Assembly (NCBI GenBank): GCA_018399255.1 | Contig: JAGYPA010000003.1 | Span: 58,032-122,031, forward strand | DNA length: 64,000 nt | Direction: 5' to 3' | DNA from: Spirochaetales bacterium | Lineage (GTDB): Bacteria > Spirochaetota > Spirochaetia > JABMQR01 | Shown: piece after piece, positions 27,328 to 38,502 of the stretch | Layout of the letters: every line of letters starts with the position of its first letter | Position numbering within the stretch: the first letter of the stretch is position 1 | Program-made: the position numbers and the translations under genes | Notes under the pieces: generated by a model | Seen by the model: the letters and a program-made list of their open reading frames with translations, nothing else | Told to the model about the DNA's origin: nothing | Databases searched by the model: none

Positions 27328-28491
27328 AGGGGCGGATAGCGAATCCAGTTCCCGCCGCTTATAGATAAACGCATCAAGCCCCAACGCCGCCGCTCCAAGT
27401 ATTCCTGCCCTGTCTCCAAGCGCTGATCGTGTAATAATAAGAGAGGACCTGGTTCCCGGAGCAGCTGTGCGAATAAACTGTTCGTTAATGGTTCGATAAT
27501 AGGTATCGTCAATTCCTGAAAGACCGCCGCCAATCAGAATCCTATCCGGGGAAATTATGTTAGCCGCCACGGCGGCGGCTTTTCCCATAGCCTCAGCTGC
27601 TCTGTTGAAGATTTCTGCGAGCGCTTTGTTTTCTGTCGCATCCCTATAGAGCTGCTTAACCGTTTTTCCGGAACCGCCGGTAATCTCATTTCCCTGTTTT
27701 TCAATGCTCCACCCTCCTGAAAGGGTCTCAAGGCAGCCTTTTTTTCCGCAAAAGCAGACTGCTTCTCCGCCTGTCCAGGTATGGCCGAATTCGCTGTTAA
27801 CCGAAAGGATGGTATTACCCGCAAGCTGGGCAGCTCCTATTTTCTGTCCCCAGTTAATATAGAATATAGAATTATCAGGACTTATATCACCAAACCAACG
27901 TTCTGCAAGAAGCATGGAACGGACATTCTGGTCTATAACAGTCGGAAGGGAGAGCTTGCGGGTGAGAAGCCTCCCCAGGGGAATCTGCTCCAGTCCCCAG
28001 TCGGCGGCCCGCATGAGCCTTCCGCCTGCAGAATCAATGTCGGCATGAAGAGTGACCGCAAAGCCCCGAATTTTCTCCGGTGAACGAAAACGGTCTGCCA
28101 GCCTGGCTGCAGATGAGGCAATATAGTCGGTAAACTCCGCAGAATCTGAAAAATCAGCAGTCGGCCGGCGTTCAAAGCGGACCAGTTCTCCCATCAAGTT
28201 GCCGATGCCCAGGGTAGTGTTCTTCAGCCCGATGTCTATGGCCAGAACAAACGCTGCTTCGCGACAGATACGCAAAAGGGTCGGCTTACGGCCGACTGCA
28301 CCGGAGACCTTGCCTGCTTCCTCAATCAGGCCTTCCCGTATAAGCATGTCTGCAATTTCAGAGATTGAAACTTTATTAATAACCAGTTCGCGGGAGAGGT
28401 CTGCCCGGGAGATCGTACCCCTCTGCTGAATGCAGTTGAGAACCCGGAGGCGGTTTATAATTCTGGCAGTCTTGGGGTCCGAAAAGATCAT
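27244..28491 (-). CDS. ROK-family transcriptional regulator (NagC/XylR-type repressor or sugar kinase)
   Basis: N-terminal wHTH (RGTISRADLSRELVINKVSISEIADMLIREGLIEE) followed by a ROK domain. The start is at MIFSDPKTAR. Confidence 0.7.
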   Translation of the reverse strand: MIFSDPKTARIINRLRVLNCIQQRGTISRADLSRELVINKVSISEIADMLIREGLIEEAGKVSGAVGRKPTLLRICREAAFVLAIDIGLKNTTLGIGNLMGELVRFERRPTADFSDSAEFTDYIASSAARLADRFRSPEKIRGFAVTLHADIDSAGGRLMRAADWGLEQIPLGRLLTRKLSLPTVIDQNVRSMLLAERWFGDISPDNSIFYINWGQKIGAAQLAGNTILSVNSEFGHTWTGGEAVCFCGKKGCLETLSGGWSIEKQGNEITGGSGKTVKQLYRDATENKALAEIFNRAAEAMGKAAAVAANIISPDRILIGGGLSGIDDTYYRTINEQFIRTAAPGTRSSLIITRSALGDRAGILGAAALGLDAFIYKRRELDSLSAPSVNSFDSPYQRYYERHDNGSKQGHQEP

Positions 28492-28694
28492 ATCGCTATC
28501 ATACAGGAAGAGCCGGGTTTTAGAGAATAGGTTTTCTCGTACAGACTTCGGTCTGAGCGGATTATTGCGAGAAAATTTCTTTTGACTAATTCTGTTGCCG
28601 CCAGGCTGAAAAATTAGTATTTTTTCCAAAGACTGATGTTAAGCCTGTCAGCATAATAAATAAATTATTAATTCACGACAAGGAGCAGTAAAAG

Positions 28695-30569
28695 ATGGCG
28701 CAAAAGAAGTTTAAAACCGAGGTAAATCAGCTTCTGGATCTTATCATCCATTCACTCTATTCACACAAGGAAATCTTTTTGCGGGAACTGGTATCCAACG
28801 CCTCAGACGCATTAGATAAATTGAAATACCTGACCCTGACAGATGATGAGTATAAAGATATAGATTTTAACCCGAGAATTGACATTACCTTCACCGATGA
28901 GGATAAGCGTACGCTGACAATCAAGGATTCGGGGATAGGAATGAGCGAGCAGGACCTCAACGATCAGCTCGGCACCATCGCCAGTTCCGGAACCAAAAAC
29001 TTTCTCAACCATCTTAAAGGTGATGCCAGAAAAGATGCAAATTTGATCGGGCAGTTCGGTGTCGGGTTCTATTCAAGCTTCATGGTAGCTGACCTGGTGG
29101 AAGTTGTCAGCCGCAAGGCTGGAGAAGATACCGCCTGGAAGTGGACAAGTACCGGAGAGAATTCCTATTCTATTGAGGAGTCCGAACGTGAAGAGCCGGG
29201 AACGACCATAACACTTCATCTGAACGAAGAAGGTGAGGAATACGCCAATAAATGGCAGGTTGAGCAGCTGGTAAAAAAGTATTCTGATCACATTGCATTT
29301 CCGATATTCCTCGAATATGACCAGAAAACCTGGGAAGGCGAAGGCGACAAGCGGGAAGAGAAGGTTGAGCACAAAATAGAGCAGATAAACAAAGCTGCCG
29401 CCCTTTGGAAGCGTTCAAAATCCGAGCTGACCGATGAAGACTATAACGAGTTTTATAAAACCACCACCCATGATTATGAAGATCCTCTTTTCTATATTCA
29501 TACAAAGGCTGAAGGAACGCTGGACTATACCACGCTGTTCTATATCCCTTCAAAAGCTCCATTTGATCTGTTTCAGGCTGACTACAAACCCGGAGTTAAA
29601 CTGTACGTAAAAAGAGTCTACATAACTGATGACGAAAAAGAACTTCTGCCTGCTTATCTCCGTTTTGTCAGGGGTATTATCGATTCCGAAGACCTGCCGC
29701 TTAACGTGAGCCGGGAAATCCTGCAGCAGAATCGGGTTATGTCTAATATCAGGAATGCCTCCGTAAAGAAGCTGCTGGGAGAATTCAAGAAAATATCGGA
29801 ATCAAATCCCGAAAAATTTGCAAAGTTTATCGAACAGTTCAATCGCCCTCTCAAGGAAGGGCTCTACTCCGATTACGCTAACCGGGATGCGCTGCTGGAA
29901 CTTGTCCGCTTTAAATCAACCGAAGTTGAAGGATATACCGGACTGGCCGGCTACAAGGAGCGGATGAAGGAAGAGCAGAAAGCGATCTATTTTATAGCCG
30001 GCGGTTCCGAGGAGACTCTCAGAAATTCTCCGCTTATCGATGCCTACAAGAGAAAAGGAATCGAAGTGCTGATAATGGATGATGAAATTGATGATATCGT
30101 TATTCCATCCATAGGTAAATTTGCCGATTTCGAGCTCAAGGCTATCAACAAATCGAGCGCAGCTGATGATCTTAAAACAGATGATGATAAGAAAAAGGAA
30201 AAGGAAGCCAAGCCGGTTGTAAAAAAGGTGAAGGATGCTCTGGGCGACAAGGTAAAAAATGTTGTCGTTTCATCCCGTCTTACCGACGCCCCTTCCTGTA
30301 TTGTGGTTGACGAGAATGATCCGACCGTGCAGATGCAGCAGATGCTGAAGGCAATGGGACAGACAGATCTGCCCGATTTTACCCCGATTCTCGAAATAAA
30401 TGCCGATCACGCCATTGTCAAAAGAATCGGTGAATCAAAGGATGAAGAACTTATCAAGGATATAAGTCTGATCCTTCTCGATCAGGCAATGCTCGCCGAA
30501 GGGGTTATGATCAAGCACCCAACAGAGTTCGTGAAGCGGCTTAATGCTGTATTGAGCAAGGTGCTGTAG
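28695..30569 (+). CDS. htpG: Molecular chaperone HtpG (Hsp90)
   Basis: HSLYSHKEIFLRELVSNASDALDK GHKL ATPase N-terminus, 624 aa, and acidic linker. Confidence 0.95.
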   Translation: MAQKKFKTEVNQLLDLIIHSLYSHKEIFLRELVSNASDALDKLKYLTLTDDEYKDIDFNPRIDITFTDEDKRTLTIKDSGIGMSEQDLNDQLGTIASSGTKNFLNHLKGDARKDANLIGQFGVGFYSSFMVADLVEVVSRKAGEDTAWKWTSTGENSYSIEESEREEPGTTITLHLNEEGEEYANKWQVEQLVKKYSDHIAFPIFLEYDQKTWEGEGDKREEKVEHKIEQINKAAALWKRSKSELTDEDYNEFYKTTTHDYEDPLFYIHTKAEGTLDYTTLFYIPSKAPFDLFQADYKPGVKLYVKRVYITDDEKELLPAYLRFVRGIIDSEDLPLNVSREILQQNRVMSNIRNASVKKLLGEFKKISESNPEKFAKFIEQFNRPLKEGLYSDYANRDALLELVRFKSTEVEGYTGLAGYKERMKEEQKAIYFIAGGSEETLRNSPLIDAYKRKGIEVLIMDDEIDDIVIPSIGKFADFELKAINKSSAADDLKTDDDKKKEKEAKPVVKKVKDALGDKVKNVVVSSRLTDAPSCIVVDENDPTVQMQQMLKAMGQTDLPDFTPILEINADHAIVKRIGESKDEELIKDISLILLDQAMLAEGVMIKHPTEFVKRLNAVLSKVL

Positions 30570-30647
30570 GTTCACGGCGAACTGCCTGAACAATCCCTGT
30601 ACACAGGAGCCTGAGGGCTCTTGATCATATAGATTTTCTTAATAAAA

Positions 30648-30704
30648 GAGCCGCAAAATGGAATGTGCCGGCTAACGGCACCCCATTTCGCGGCTCGTTT
30701 TTTT
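30648..30704 (+). terminator. Rho-independent terminator of htpG
   Basis: 14-bp stem (gagccgcaaaatgg / ccatttcgcggctc, one mismatch) enclosing a smaller hairpin, followed by a T7 run. Confidence 0.7.
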
Positions 30705-30719
30705 GCTTTCGGCAGGATG

Positions 30720-31748
30720 CTATCCGCAGGTGAACTTCATAATTTTGTCCGCTTCGCCCAGGGCATCCTTCACCATGCCGGCGATGATATCGGCCGCAGA
30801 CTCTTCTTTGGTAACAAGCCCGACGCTCTGACCCGCCATCATAGATCCCTGCTCAACATCTCCATCGATAGCCGCCTTTTTCAGACCTCCAATCCAGAAC
30901 TTCTCCAGTTCCTCAACCGCTTCCCGAACACTCATGACTGAACGTTCAATTTGCTGGATAAGACCCAGCTGTAACGTATTGAACTCCCGGGTTCCCCCAT
31001 TTATCAGGGAACGAACCGGTATAACCGGAAGGCGCGGATCAAACTGCGAAGTCGGGACAGCATCTTTGGCTTTGGCCCTGATTAATGCCTGCTTGAAATT
31101 CGGGTGGGCTATTGATTCGGTGGAGACCGCAAAGCGGGTACCCAACTGGACTCCCGCCGCTCCCATCATGAGAAAGTGCATCATCAGCCGGCCGGTTGCA
31201 ATTCCTCCGGCAACAAAAACCGGGATTTTGCGCAGGGTAGGTAAAATTTGTTCAGCCAGGACGCTGGTTGAGACCGGCCCGATATGGCCGCCGGCTTCAG
31301 AACCCTCGATGACCAGAGCATCGGCACCGCCCCGGACAAGCATTTTAGCAATGTTGACGTTTGGCGCGAAACAGATCAGCTTGCTGCTCGTCTGCTTCAC
31401 CTTGGCAATTGCATCCCGCGGAGGAAGCCCGCCGGCAAACACGATGTAGGGATGCTCAGTTTCGAGAACAAAATCCAGGTGTTTTTTGAAGTTCGGGGCA
31501 ATGGTAATAAGGTTGACTCCAAAAGGCTTGTCGGTTTTATCGTGAGTTTTATCAATTTCCTGCTTGAGCAACTCAAGGGGCATGTTGCCTCCAGCTATTA
31601 CACCGAATCCGCCGGCATTTGATATGGCTGAAACTAAATTGGATTCTGAAAGCCAGCTCATGGCGCCCCCGAGGATAGGATATTCAACACCCAGGAATTC
31701 CCGGCCACGTTTCCACAAAGTATTCAGTAGTTGTTCTGATCTTTCCAT
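30720..31748 (-). CDS. Nitronate monooxygenase / FMN-dependent enoyl-ACP reductase FabK-like flavoprotein
   Basis: NMO-family pattern (GGAMSWLSESNLVSAISNAGGFGVIAGG). Confidence 0.7.
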   Translation of the reverse strand: MERSEQLLNTLWKRGREFLGVEYPILGGAMSWLSESNLVSAISNAGGFGVIAGGNMPLELLKQEIDKTHDKTDKPFGVNLITIAPNFKKHLDFVLETEHPYIVFAGGLPPRDAIAKVKQTSSKLICFAPNVNIAKMLVRGGADALVIEGSEAGGHIGPVSTSVLAEQILPTLRKIPVFVAGGIATGRLMMHFLMMGAAGVQLGTRFAVSTESIAHPNFKQALIRAKAKDAVPTSQFDPRLPVIPVRSLINGGTREFNTLQLGLIQQIERSVMSVREAVEELEKFWIGGLKKAAIDGDVEQGSMMAGQSVGLVTKEESAADIIAGMVKDALGEADKIMKFTCG

Positions 31749-31791
31749 ATTGTCAGCTCCCTTAAAGAACGTGTAAAAGCTCTTTATAACG

Positions 31792-31830
31792 AGCCAATTT
31801 TAAAATGCTTCGCATTTTTGAAAATTGGCT
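31792..31830. promoter_or_regulatory. Long near-perfect inverted repeat (AGCCAATTTTAAAATGC-ttc-GCATTTTTGAAAATTGGCT) in a divergent intergenic region
   Basis: 17/19-bp arms with a 2-nt bulge. It lies between the nitronate monooxygenase gene (-) and the MscS gene (+). Confidence 0.4.
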
Positions 31831-31993
31831 TATGAGATTTGAAACTATAATAGAATACTGTTTTAATCAAGAAAAGAAAACGGGCAGGGGAAACTTCTCT
31901 TTATCTCTTGCTGCCGTACCGGCATGTTAATTTTTCTTTATCTGGTATATATTGATAGAGAAAAACAATGACAACGATACCCGGAGGTTTTTT

Positions 31994-32851
31994 ATGGAAG
32001 ATGGGTTAAATTTTGCCAATTCTTTGTATGAGTGGCTTGTAAACAACGGCATGGAGCTGGCAAAGGATATTCTGGCAGCAGTAATAATTCTTGCTGTCGC
32101 AAAAGTGTTCATTTCTTTAGCGGCAAAAGGTCTGCACAAGGTTCTGAGCAGAAGCGGCAAGGTATCTGAAATCCTGGAAAAATTCACCATAAATATAACG
32201 AGAAAAGCCTTATGGATTATTACTGCAGTTGTTATTATCGGTCAGTTCGGAATCGACATCGGTCCGCTTATTGCCGGGTTGGGAGTTACGGGCTTTGTTT
32301 TAGGATTTGCTTTTCAGGAAACCATCGGCAACCTTCTGGCCGGCGTTATGATATCGCTCAATAAACCGTTCGGGCTGAACGAGTATGTCGATATCGGCGG
32401 CATTGCGGGAACAGTCAAGGATATGGATATGATAAGCATTACCCTTCACACTCCGGACAATAAAAAGATTGTCATGGCGAACAAAGTTGCCTGGGGTAAA
32501 CCCATAATAAACTTTTCAGCACTTGGAACTAGAAGAGTTGATATGATGTTCGGTATCTCCTACGGGTCCGATATAAGACAGGCCCGGGAAATTATCCGGG
32601 GCGAGATAGAGAAGATCGAGGAAATCAGGAACGAACCGGCACCGCTGATAGAAGTACTGTCCATGAGTGATTCATCAGTTGATTTTACTGTCCGTATATG
32701 GGTGGAGACGGCGAATTACTGGAAGGTTTTCTATGCGATGAATCAGAATATTAAATATGCGTTTGATGAAGCGGCGATCGAGATTCCTTTTCCGCAGCTG
32801 GATTTGCATCTTCACCGGGAGGACGCTGCAGCAGTCGTTAACGAAATGTAA
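31994..32851 (+). CDS. Small-conductance mechanosensitive channel (MscS family)
   Basis: N-terminal TM helices followed by the MscS beta-domain region (ETIGNLLAGVMISLNKPF). GGAGG lies upstream of the ATG at 31994. Confidence 0.75.
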   Translation: MEDGLNFANSLYEWLVNNGMELAKDILAAVIILAVAKVFISLAAKGLHKVLSRSGKVSEILEKFTINITRKALWIITAVVIIGQFGIDIGPLIAGLGVTGFVLGFAFQETIGNLLAGVMISLNKPFGLNEYVDIGGIAGTVKDMDMISITLHTPDNKKIVMANKVAWGKPIINFSALGTRRVDMMFGISYGSDIRQAREIIRGEIEKIEEIRNEPAPLIEVLSMSDSSVDFTVRIWVETANYWKVFYAMNQNIKYAFDEAAIEIPFPQLDLHLHREDAAAVVNEM

Positions 32852-32931
32852 AAATACAAAATGGCAGGTTAAAAAAGTGATAAAAAAGCCGGTAGAAACC
32901 AGATATATTTTGCCCAGAAAGGGGAAACTTA

Positions 32932-33789
32932 ATGAAAATAAGCGTATTAATAGAAAATAAGGCAGAAATAAGTGGGCTTCAAGCGCGTCATGGGCTGGCG
33001 CTGCTGGTGGAAACAGGTGAACATGTTATCCTTTTTGACACAGGTCCGGATGAAGCCTTCACAGCAAACGCCCGCCAGCTTGGCGTTGATCTTTCAGATG
33101 TTGAGCTGGTCGTTATCTCGCATGGGCATTACGATCACGGCGGCGGTCTTCCTGCTTTCTGCAGGCTTAATAGTGCCGCTCCCATTTACCTGCACAGCAA
33201 GGCAGTAAAGGACAGCCACTTTTCTCTCAAACCTGGAAATATCTATCGTGATGCAGGCTTTATTCCTGAGGGCTGCGAACAGCGCCTGATGTATGTTGAT
33301 GAGCAGTTCACAAAAACCGGTGCGGAGGTATTCAGTCCCGTTGACGGAGTGCTGCTTTTTGCGGGATTTCCCAAGGACGGCTTCATTCCGGAAGGTAACA
33401 AGCGCCTCTATTCGCAGAAGCCGGGAGGGGTTCTCGAAGCAGATGATTTTTCTCATGAAATAGCTATGCTTGTTCTCAGCGGCAATGCCCTGGTTCTTAT
33501 AACCGGGTGCTCACATTCAGGCATAGGAAACATGGTCCGGCGGGCATATGAGCTTACCGGGGGGCGGAAGATCGATGCTGTTGTCGGCGGATTTCACCTG
33601 ATGTATTCCGATCCGGGGAGTATGGGAAAAAGAAATCAGATAGAGACAGTCGCTGAAGAGCTGAGGAAATTTCCGGAAACCAAATTTTACACCGGCCACT
33701 GTACCGGTGAGGAATCCTTTGCACAGCTCCGTAAGCTTCTTGGAGATCAGATATCCGCTATAGAAACGGGATCCTGTATTAAGTTATAA
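32932..33789 (+). CDS. MBL-fold metallo-hydrolase
   Basis: [11 protein letters not shown] metal-binding motif (HxHxDH). Confidence 0.75.
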   Translation: MKISVLIENKAEISGLQARHGLALLVETGEHVILFDTGPDEAFTANARQLGVDLSDVELVVISHGHYDHGGGLPAFCRLNSAAPIYLHSKAVKDSHFSLKPGNIYRDAGFIPEGCEQRLMYVDEQFTKTGAEVFSPVDGVLLFAGFPKDGFIPEGNKRLYSQKPGGVLEADDFSHEIAMLVLSGNALVLITGCSHSGIGNMVRRAYELTGGRKIDAVVGGFHLMYSDPGSMGKRNQIETVAEELRKFPETKFYTGHCTGEESFAQLRKLLGDQISAIETGSCIKL

Positions 33790-36700
33790 CGGAGCAACAT
33801 GGGGAGGGTTTTCTGACAGGTACAGAATGGCCTCAACTGCCGCCTCAGCTGCGCTGGTAGTTGTGGTATAGGGAACTTTCATCCGCATGGCTTCCGATCG
33901 AATCTCATCATCACCTTTTTTCGCATACCATCCTACGGGAGTGTTGATTACCAGATCCACCCGTTTCCTGCGGATGTTGTCGGTAATGTTCGGGTGTCCC
34001 TCGTGAACTTTCATTACCACTTCACTCATGATGCCGGCTTCAAAGAGATCCCGGGCTGTTCCCTTTGTGGCTGCGATTTCGAACCCGAGCGTTTCCAGTT
34101 TCCGGGCGAGGGGAATGATGGTTTGCCGATCTTGATTGTTTACCGAGAAAAAAACTCTTCCTGATTTCGGGAGCCGGACACCGGCACTGGCCTGGGATTT
34201 TGCAAAGGCTTCACCGAAGCTTTTACCGATTCCGATAACTTCGCCGGTTGAGCGCATTTCGGGACCGAGTACCGGATCCACATCAGAAAACCGATCAAAT
34301 GAGAAAACAGCTTCTTTTACAGCCCACCCGACAATACAGGACCCTTCTCCGATTCCGTCGCTGTCAGTCAGTCCTTGTGTGTCCAGGCTTTTTCCCTCCC
34401 AGACTTTTACAGCGACGTTTACAAGATCTACGCCGGAAGTTTTTGAGAGAAAGGGGATTGTCCGCGAGGCCCGCGGGTTTACTTCCAGAATGTAGAGCAT
34501 ATTGTCCTTTACCGCAAATTGAATATTAAGAAAACCTCTGACTCCGACAGCCCGGGCGATAGATACAGCGGCATGCTTCATCTCAGTCAGGATTGCCGGA
34601 GTTGATTTGTAGGGAGGAAATACGCAGGCTGAATCTCCGGAATGAACACCGGCTGCCTCAATATGCTGCATGATGCCGCCAATATAGACCCCATACCCAT
34701 CAGATATCGCATCCAGGTCATATTCAAATGCGTCTTCGAGGAATTCATCGACGAGAATGGGAGCATCTTCAGAAACCGAAATTCCTCGCCCGAGAAAATC
34801 CTCGAGTTCGGCATCGTTGTAGGCTATGAACATGCTTCTTCCGCCAAGAACAAATGAGGGTCGGAGTAGAATTGGATAACCCAGCTCTGCAGCAGCCTTT
34901 CTCACAGCTGGGAAACTGCCTGCCATGCGGTTTTCCGGCTGGCGCAGGCCGAGACGGCTTATAAGAGCCGAAAATTTTCCCCGATCTTCCGCTTCCAGAA
35001 TGCTCTGGACGGGAGTTCCGATAACTTCAGCTCCTGCCTCTTCAAGAATCTCAGCCATATTCAGTGGGGTCTGGCCGCCCAGCTGGATGACAACCTTGTT
35101 GACCCGCTCCTTTTTCATGATGGAAATAACATGTTCGGGGGTCAGCGGTTCGAGATACAGGCGGTCGGAGATATTAAAATCTGTCGAGACAGTTTCCGGG
35201 TTTGAATTTATGAGAATGGTTTTGCGGCCTGCTTCCCGGTAAGAGAGTGAGGCCAACGTACAGCAGGTGTCGAATTCCAGCCCCTGGCCTATGCGGTTGG
35301 GACCGCTGGCTAAAATAATGACCCCGGTATCGCCTACTCTGCCGCCCTCATCTATTTCTCCATAGGTTGAATAGAAGTAGGGAGTCTGCGCAGTAAACTC
35401 TCCGGCACAGGTATCGACAAAGTGGAAGCAAGGTTCAATGGATGCGTTTTCCCGCATATCTGCAATTTCAGCAGCTGAGGATCTTGTAAGGAGGGCAATC
35501 CGTGCATCGGAAAGGCCGGCTTGTTTTGCCCGCAGCAGCAGTTCCGCCGGCAAGGAAGCGGATTGCAGCGACTCTCTCGATTGACTGGCCGACAGTTCAT
35601 GTTCCAGCTGGGCAAGACGGTGTAGCTGGTAGAGAAACCAGCGTTCAAAGCCGGTCCGCTGTGAGAGTTCCTCGATCCCGTACTCGGGGTGATGTTTTAT
35701 TTTTGTATAGATTGCAAATATTCGTAAAGGGTGAGCTGAATCCAGAATTCGCTCGATTTCCTCTTCGCTGTATCCAATAAGTTCTTCCAGGCCGTCAAAG
35801 TTACGTTCCACAGCTCTGATAGCCTTATTGAGGGCTTCCAGGGCGGTTCTCCCGATTGCCAGAGTCTCCCCTACGCTTTTCATCTGGGTTCCGAGGGCGG
35901 AATAACTCATCGGGAATTTTTCAAGTTCAAAGCGCGGTACTTTTACTGCGCAGTAGTCCAGGGCCGGCTCGAAGCAGGAGACTGTTTGCCCGGTAATTTC
36001 GTTAAGCACTTCATCCAGGGTGTAACCGACAGCGAGCTTTGCCGAACAGCGGGCTATCGGAAAGCCGGTAGCCTTGCTGGCAAGAGCAGATGAGCGGGAA
36101 ACTCTCGGATTCATCTCAATAACAACCATACGGTCAGAATCCGGCTGCATGGCGAACTGGACATTGCTGCCGCCGCAGTCCACTCCTACAGCCCTCAGTA
36201 TATCTATTGCAGCCGTCCGCATGTGCTGGTACTGCTGATCGGAAAGGGTCTGGATCGGGGCAATGGTTATACTGTCGCCGGTGTGAACACCCATCGGATC
36301 AATGTTCTCAATTGAGCAGACAATGATTGCATTGTCGTGTCGGTCGCGCATGACTTCCAGTTCAAATTCCTTCCAGCCGATGAGGGATTCTTCGATCAGC
36401 GCCTCCCCGGCCGGGCTTTCGGCAAGGGCCTTGTTCACAAGATTCTCAAACTCTTCTTCCGTGTAGGCGATGCTGCCGCCCATGCCGCCAAGCGTAAAGC
36501 TTGGTCTTATTATAAGCGGAAATCCAATTTCGCGCATAAAAAGCACGGCATCTGCATAACCTCTGGTAAGGATTGATTCAGGAGATTCGAGTCCGAGCCC
36601 GGCAACTATCTCCTTGAATTTTCCCCTGTCCTCAGCCAGTTCAATAGAATCGATACCGGCTCCGATAATTTCGACCTGGTATTTTTCCAGAATTCCCAGC

Positions 36701-37011
36701 CGGTGCAGTTCACGGGTGAGGTTAAGTCCTGTTTGTCCGCCCATGGTGGTAAGGATGGCGTCAGGCCTTTCCTCAGCAATAATAACCTCGACATATTCCG
36801 GCTTGAGGGGTTCCATATATATCGCATCAGCTGTTCCCGGGGTCGTCATGACGGTAGCGGGGTTGGGGTTTATCAGCACAACCTGGTAGCCCTCCTCTTT
36901 GAGGGCTTTGACAGCCTGAGTCCCCGAGTAGTCAAACTCGCACGCCTGACCGATAACTATCGGTCCGCTTCCAATAATCAGGATTTTCTTGATATCTTTT
37001 CTGGCCGGCAT
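33784..37011 (-). CDS. carB: Carbamoyl-phosphate synthase large subunit
   Basis: 1075 aa with two ATP-grasp repeats and the N-terminus [26 protein letters not shown]. Confidence 0.95.
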   Translation of the reverse strand: MPARKDIKKILIIGSGPIVIGQACEFDYSGTQAVKALKEEGYQVVLINPNPATVMTTPGTADAIYMEPLKPEYVEVIIAEERPDAILTTMGGQTGLNLTRELHRLGILEKYQVEIIGAGIDSIELAEDRGKFKEIVAGLGLESPESILTRGYADAVLFMREIGFPLIIRPSFTLGGMGGSIAYTEEEFENLVNKALAESPAGEALIEESLIGWKEFELEVMRDRHDNAIIVCSIENIDPMGVHTGDSITIAPIQTLSDQQYQHMRTAAIDILRAVGVDCGGSNVQFAMQPDSDRMVVIEMNPRVSRSSALASKATGFPIARCSAKLAVGYTLDEVLNEITGQTVSCFEPALDYCAVKVPRFELEKFPMSYSALGTQMKSVGETLAIGRTALEALNKAIRAVERNFDGLEELIGYSEEEIERILDSAHPLRIFAIYTKIKHHPEYGIEELSQRTGFERWFLYQLHRLAQLEHELSASQSRESLQSASLPAELLLRAKQAGLSDARIALLTRSSAAEIADMRENASIEPCFHFVDTCAGEFTAQTPYFYSTYGEIDEGGRVGDTGVIILASGPNRIGQGLEFDTCCTLASLSYREAGRKTILINSNPETVSTDFNISDRLYLEPLTPEHVISIMKKERVNKVVIQLGGQTPLNMAEILEEAGAEVIGTPVQSILEAEDRGKFSALISRLGLRQPENRMAGSFPAVRKAAAELGYPILLRPSFVLGGRSMFIAYNDAELEDFLGRGISVSEDAPILVDEFLEDAFEYDLDAISDGYGVYIGGIMQHIEAAGVHSGDSACVFPPYKSTPAILTEMKHAAVSIARAVGVRGFLNIQFAVKDNMLYILEVNPRASRTIPFLSKTSGVDLVNVAVKVWEGKSLDTQGLTDSDGIGEGSCIVGWAVKEAVFSFDRFSDVDPVLGPEMRSTGEVIGIGKSFGEAFAKSQASAGVRLPKSGRVFFSVNNQDRQTIIPLARKLETLGFEIAATKGTARDLFEAGIMSEVVMKVHEGHPNITDNIRRKRVDLVINTPVGWYAKKGDDEIRSEAMRMKVPYTTTTSAAEAAVEAILYLSENPPHVAPL

Positions 37012-37130
37012 CGTTTACCTCGTTTAATTTCTTTTCTGATAATGAATTATCTGTATATCAGCTGACATTTGCCCCCCGCCTCCGACCCCGCCTCCGGTCG
37101 GTCTCTATTCCGTCATTAGTCCGGGTCTGA

Positions 37131-38309
37131 TCAGGGACGCAGGCGATCAAGAAAAGCGTCAAATATCCACCCGGCATCGTGCGGTCCGGGAGCTGCTTCC
37201 GGGTGAAACTGTACAGCCATGACTGGAAGCTTTGTATGCAGAATACCCTCGATTGAATTATCATTGGTATTGGTGAACCAGATATCGACGTCGTCGGGCA
37301 GGGAATCTCCGTCGACAGCAAAGCCGTGATTCTGTGCTGTCACAAAGACTTTTCCTGTCCGCTCGTCGCGGACAGGATGATTTCCGCCATGGTGACCGAA
37401 CTTCATTTTATATGTTTTAGCGCCTAAAGCGAGACTTATCAGCTGATGTCCAAGACATATACCGAATACAGGCATCTTATTCATGCATTCACGGATGAGA
37501 GCTGTCTGCCGGTTCAGTACCGCAGGATCGCCTGGCCCGTTTGAAACAAGCAGACCGTCAGCCTTGAGGGATTCTATTGCCTGTATGTCGGCGTTGGAGG
37601 GAAGCAAGGTGACCCGGGTTCCTCGACTGGTAAGTTCCCTGATAATATTGCCTTTGATGCCGCAGTCCAGCAGGACAAGGTGCAGCTGTTTCTGGTCGTC
37701 CGTTTCACCTTCACCGTTTTTTTTATCAGAGGCAATGTGCTGCTCCCGGTCAGTTCCAACCGAGCTCAGCAGATTGCTTCCAGTCATTTCAGGTTGGGCC
37801 CCAAGCCACTCAAGCACCCTGCTTTTTTCCTCTTTTGCAAGCGTGCTGCCGGCAGTTCTGACCAGTACGCCGTTGCGGCTGCCGTGGTCTCGCAGACTGA
37901 GTGTGAGGCGGCGTGTATCGATTCCCGTTATGCCGGATATTCCGTTGCTGACCATGAATTGATGCAGGCTGATACGACCCGGCGGAACTGGTCCGTCGTA
38001 GTAATCACGAACAATGAGGCCGCATGCTTTTATCTCTTTCCGGTCGACCGCTTCAGGTCCCGACTCGTTCCATTCCTGGCTGGTGCCGTAATTTCCTATG
38101 TGGGGATAGGTCATCAATATGATTTGTCCCGCATAGGAGGGGTCCGTAAGTATTTCATGATATCCAGTCATGCTGGTGTTGAATACCACCTCGCCGGCAG
38201 CACCGGGGGAGGAACTGGCCGGCAGCTCATGCGCATAGGGGGCTGGACTGCCGAAAGGCTTGCCGGAAAAGTGGGTGCCGTCGGCAAGTATTAGATAGAC
38301 TGTTTCCAT
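37131..38309 (-). CDS. carA: Carbamoyl-phosphate synthase small subunit (glutamine amidotransferase)
   Basis: GICLGHQL class-I GATase motif. It lies immediately upstream of carB. Confidence 0.9.
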   Translation of the reverse strand: METVYLILADGTHFSGKPFGSPAPYAHELPASSSPGAAGEVVFNTSMTGYHEILTDPSYAGQIILMTYPHIGNYGTSQEWNESGPEAVDRKEIKACGLIVRDYYDGPVPPGRISLHQFMVSNGISGITGIDTRRLTLSLRDHGSRNGVLVRTAGSTLAKEEKSRVLEWLGAQPEMTGSNLLSSVGTDREQHIASDKKNGEGETDDQKQLHLVLLDCGIKGNIIRELTSRGTRVTLLPSNADIQAIESLKADGLLVSNGPGDPAVLNRQTALIRECMNKMPVFGICLGHQLISLALGAKTYKMKFGHHGGNHPVRDERTGKVFVTAQNHGFAVDGDSLPDDVDIWFTNTNDNSIEGILHTKLPVMAVQFHPEAAPGPHDAGWIFDAFLDRLRP

Positions 38310-38502
38310 AAATCCCCCTGCAGCAGCGACAGGCAGCGGCTGCCGTTGTAATCAAGAATATTTATGCAACAAAATATCTGCAATATTGCATAAAATTACA
38401 TAAATTACGGGAATAATACTGTAATATAAATATTTATGCAATAGATATACCAAAAATGGTGCAAGAATTGGCATGTTTTGCGACAGGTGTTTTACTGGTG
38501 AG

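Noticed and set aside
28492-28694. Possible sigma32 or CIRCE heat-shock element upstream of htpG
   Set aside because: No TTAGCACTC-N9-GAGTGCTAA CIRCE and no convincing CTTGAAA...CCCCATNT match is visible by eye.
34136-37065. Multiple 70-120 aa ORFs on the plus strand within carB
   Set aside because: They are antisense to a 1075-aa highly conserved gene.
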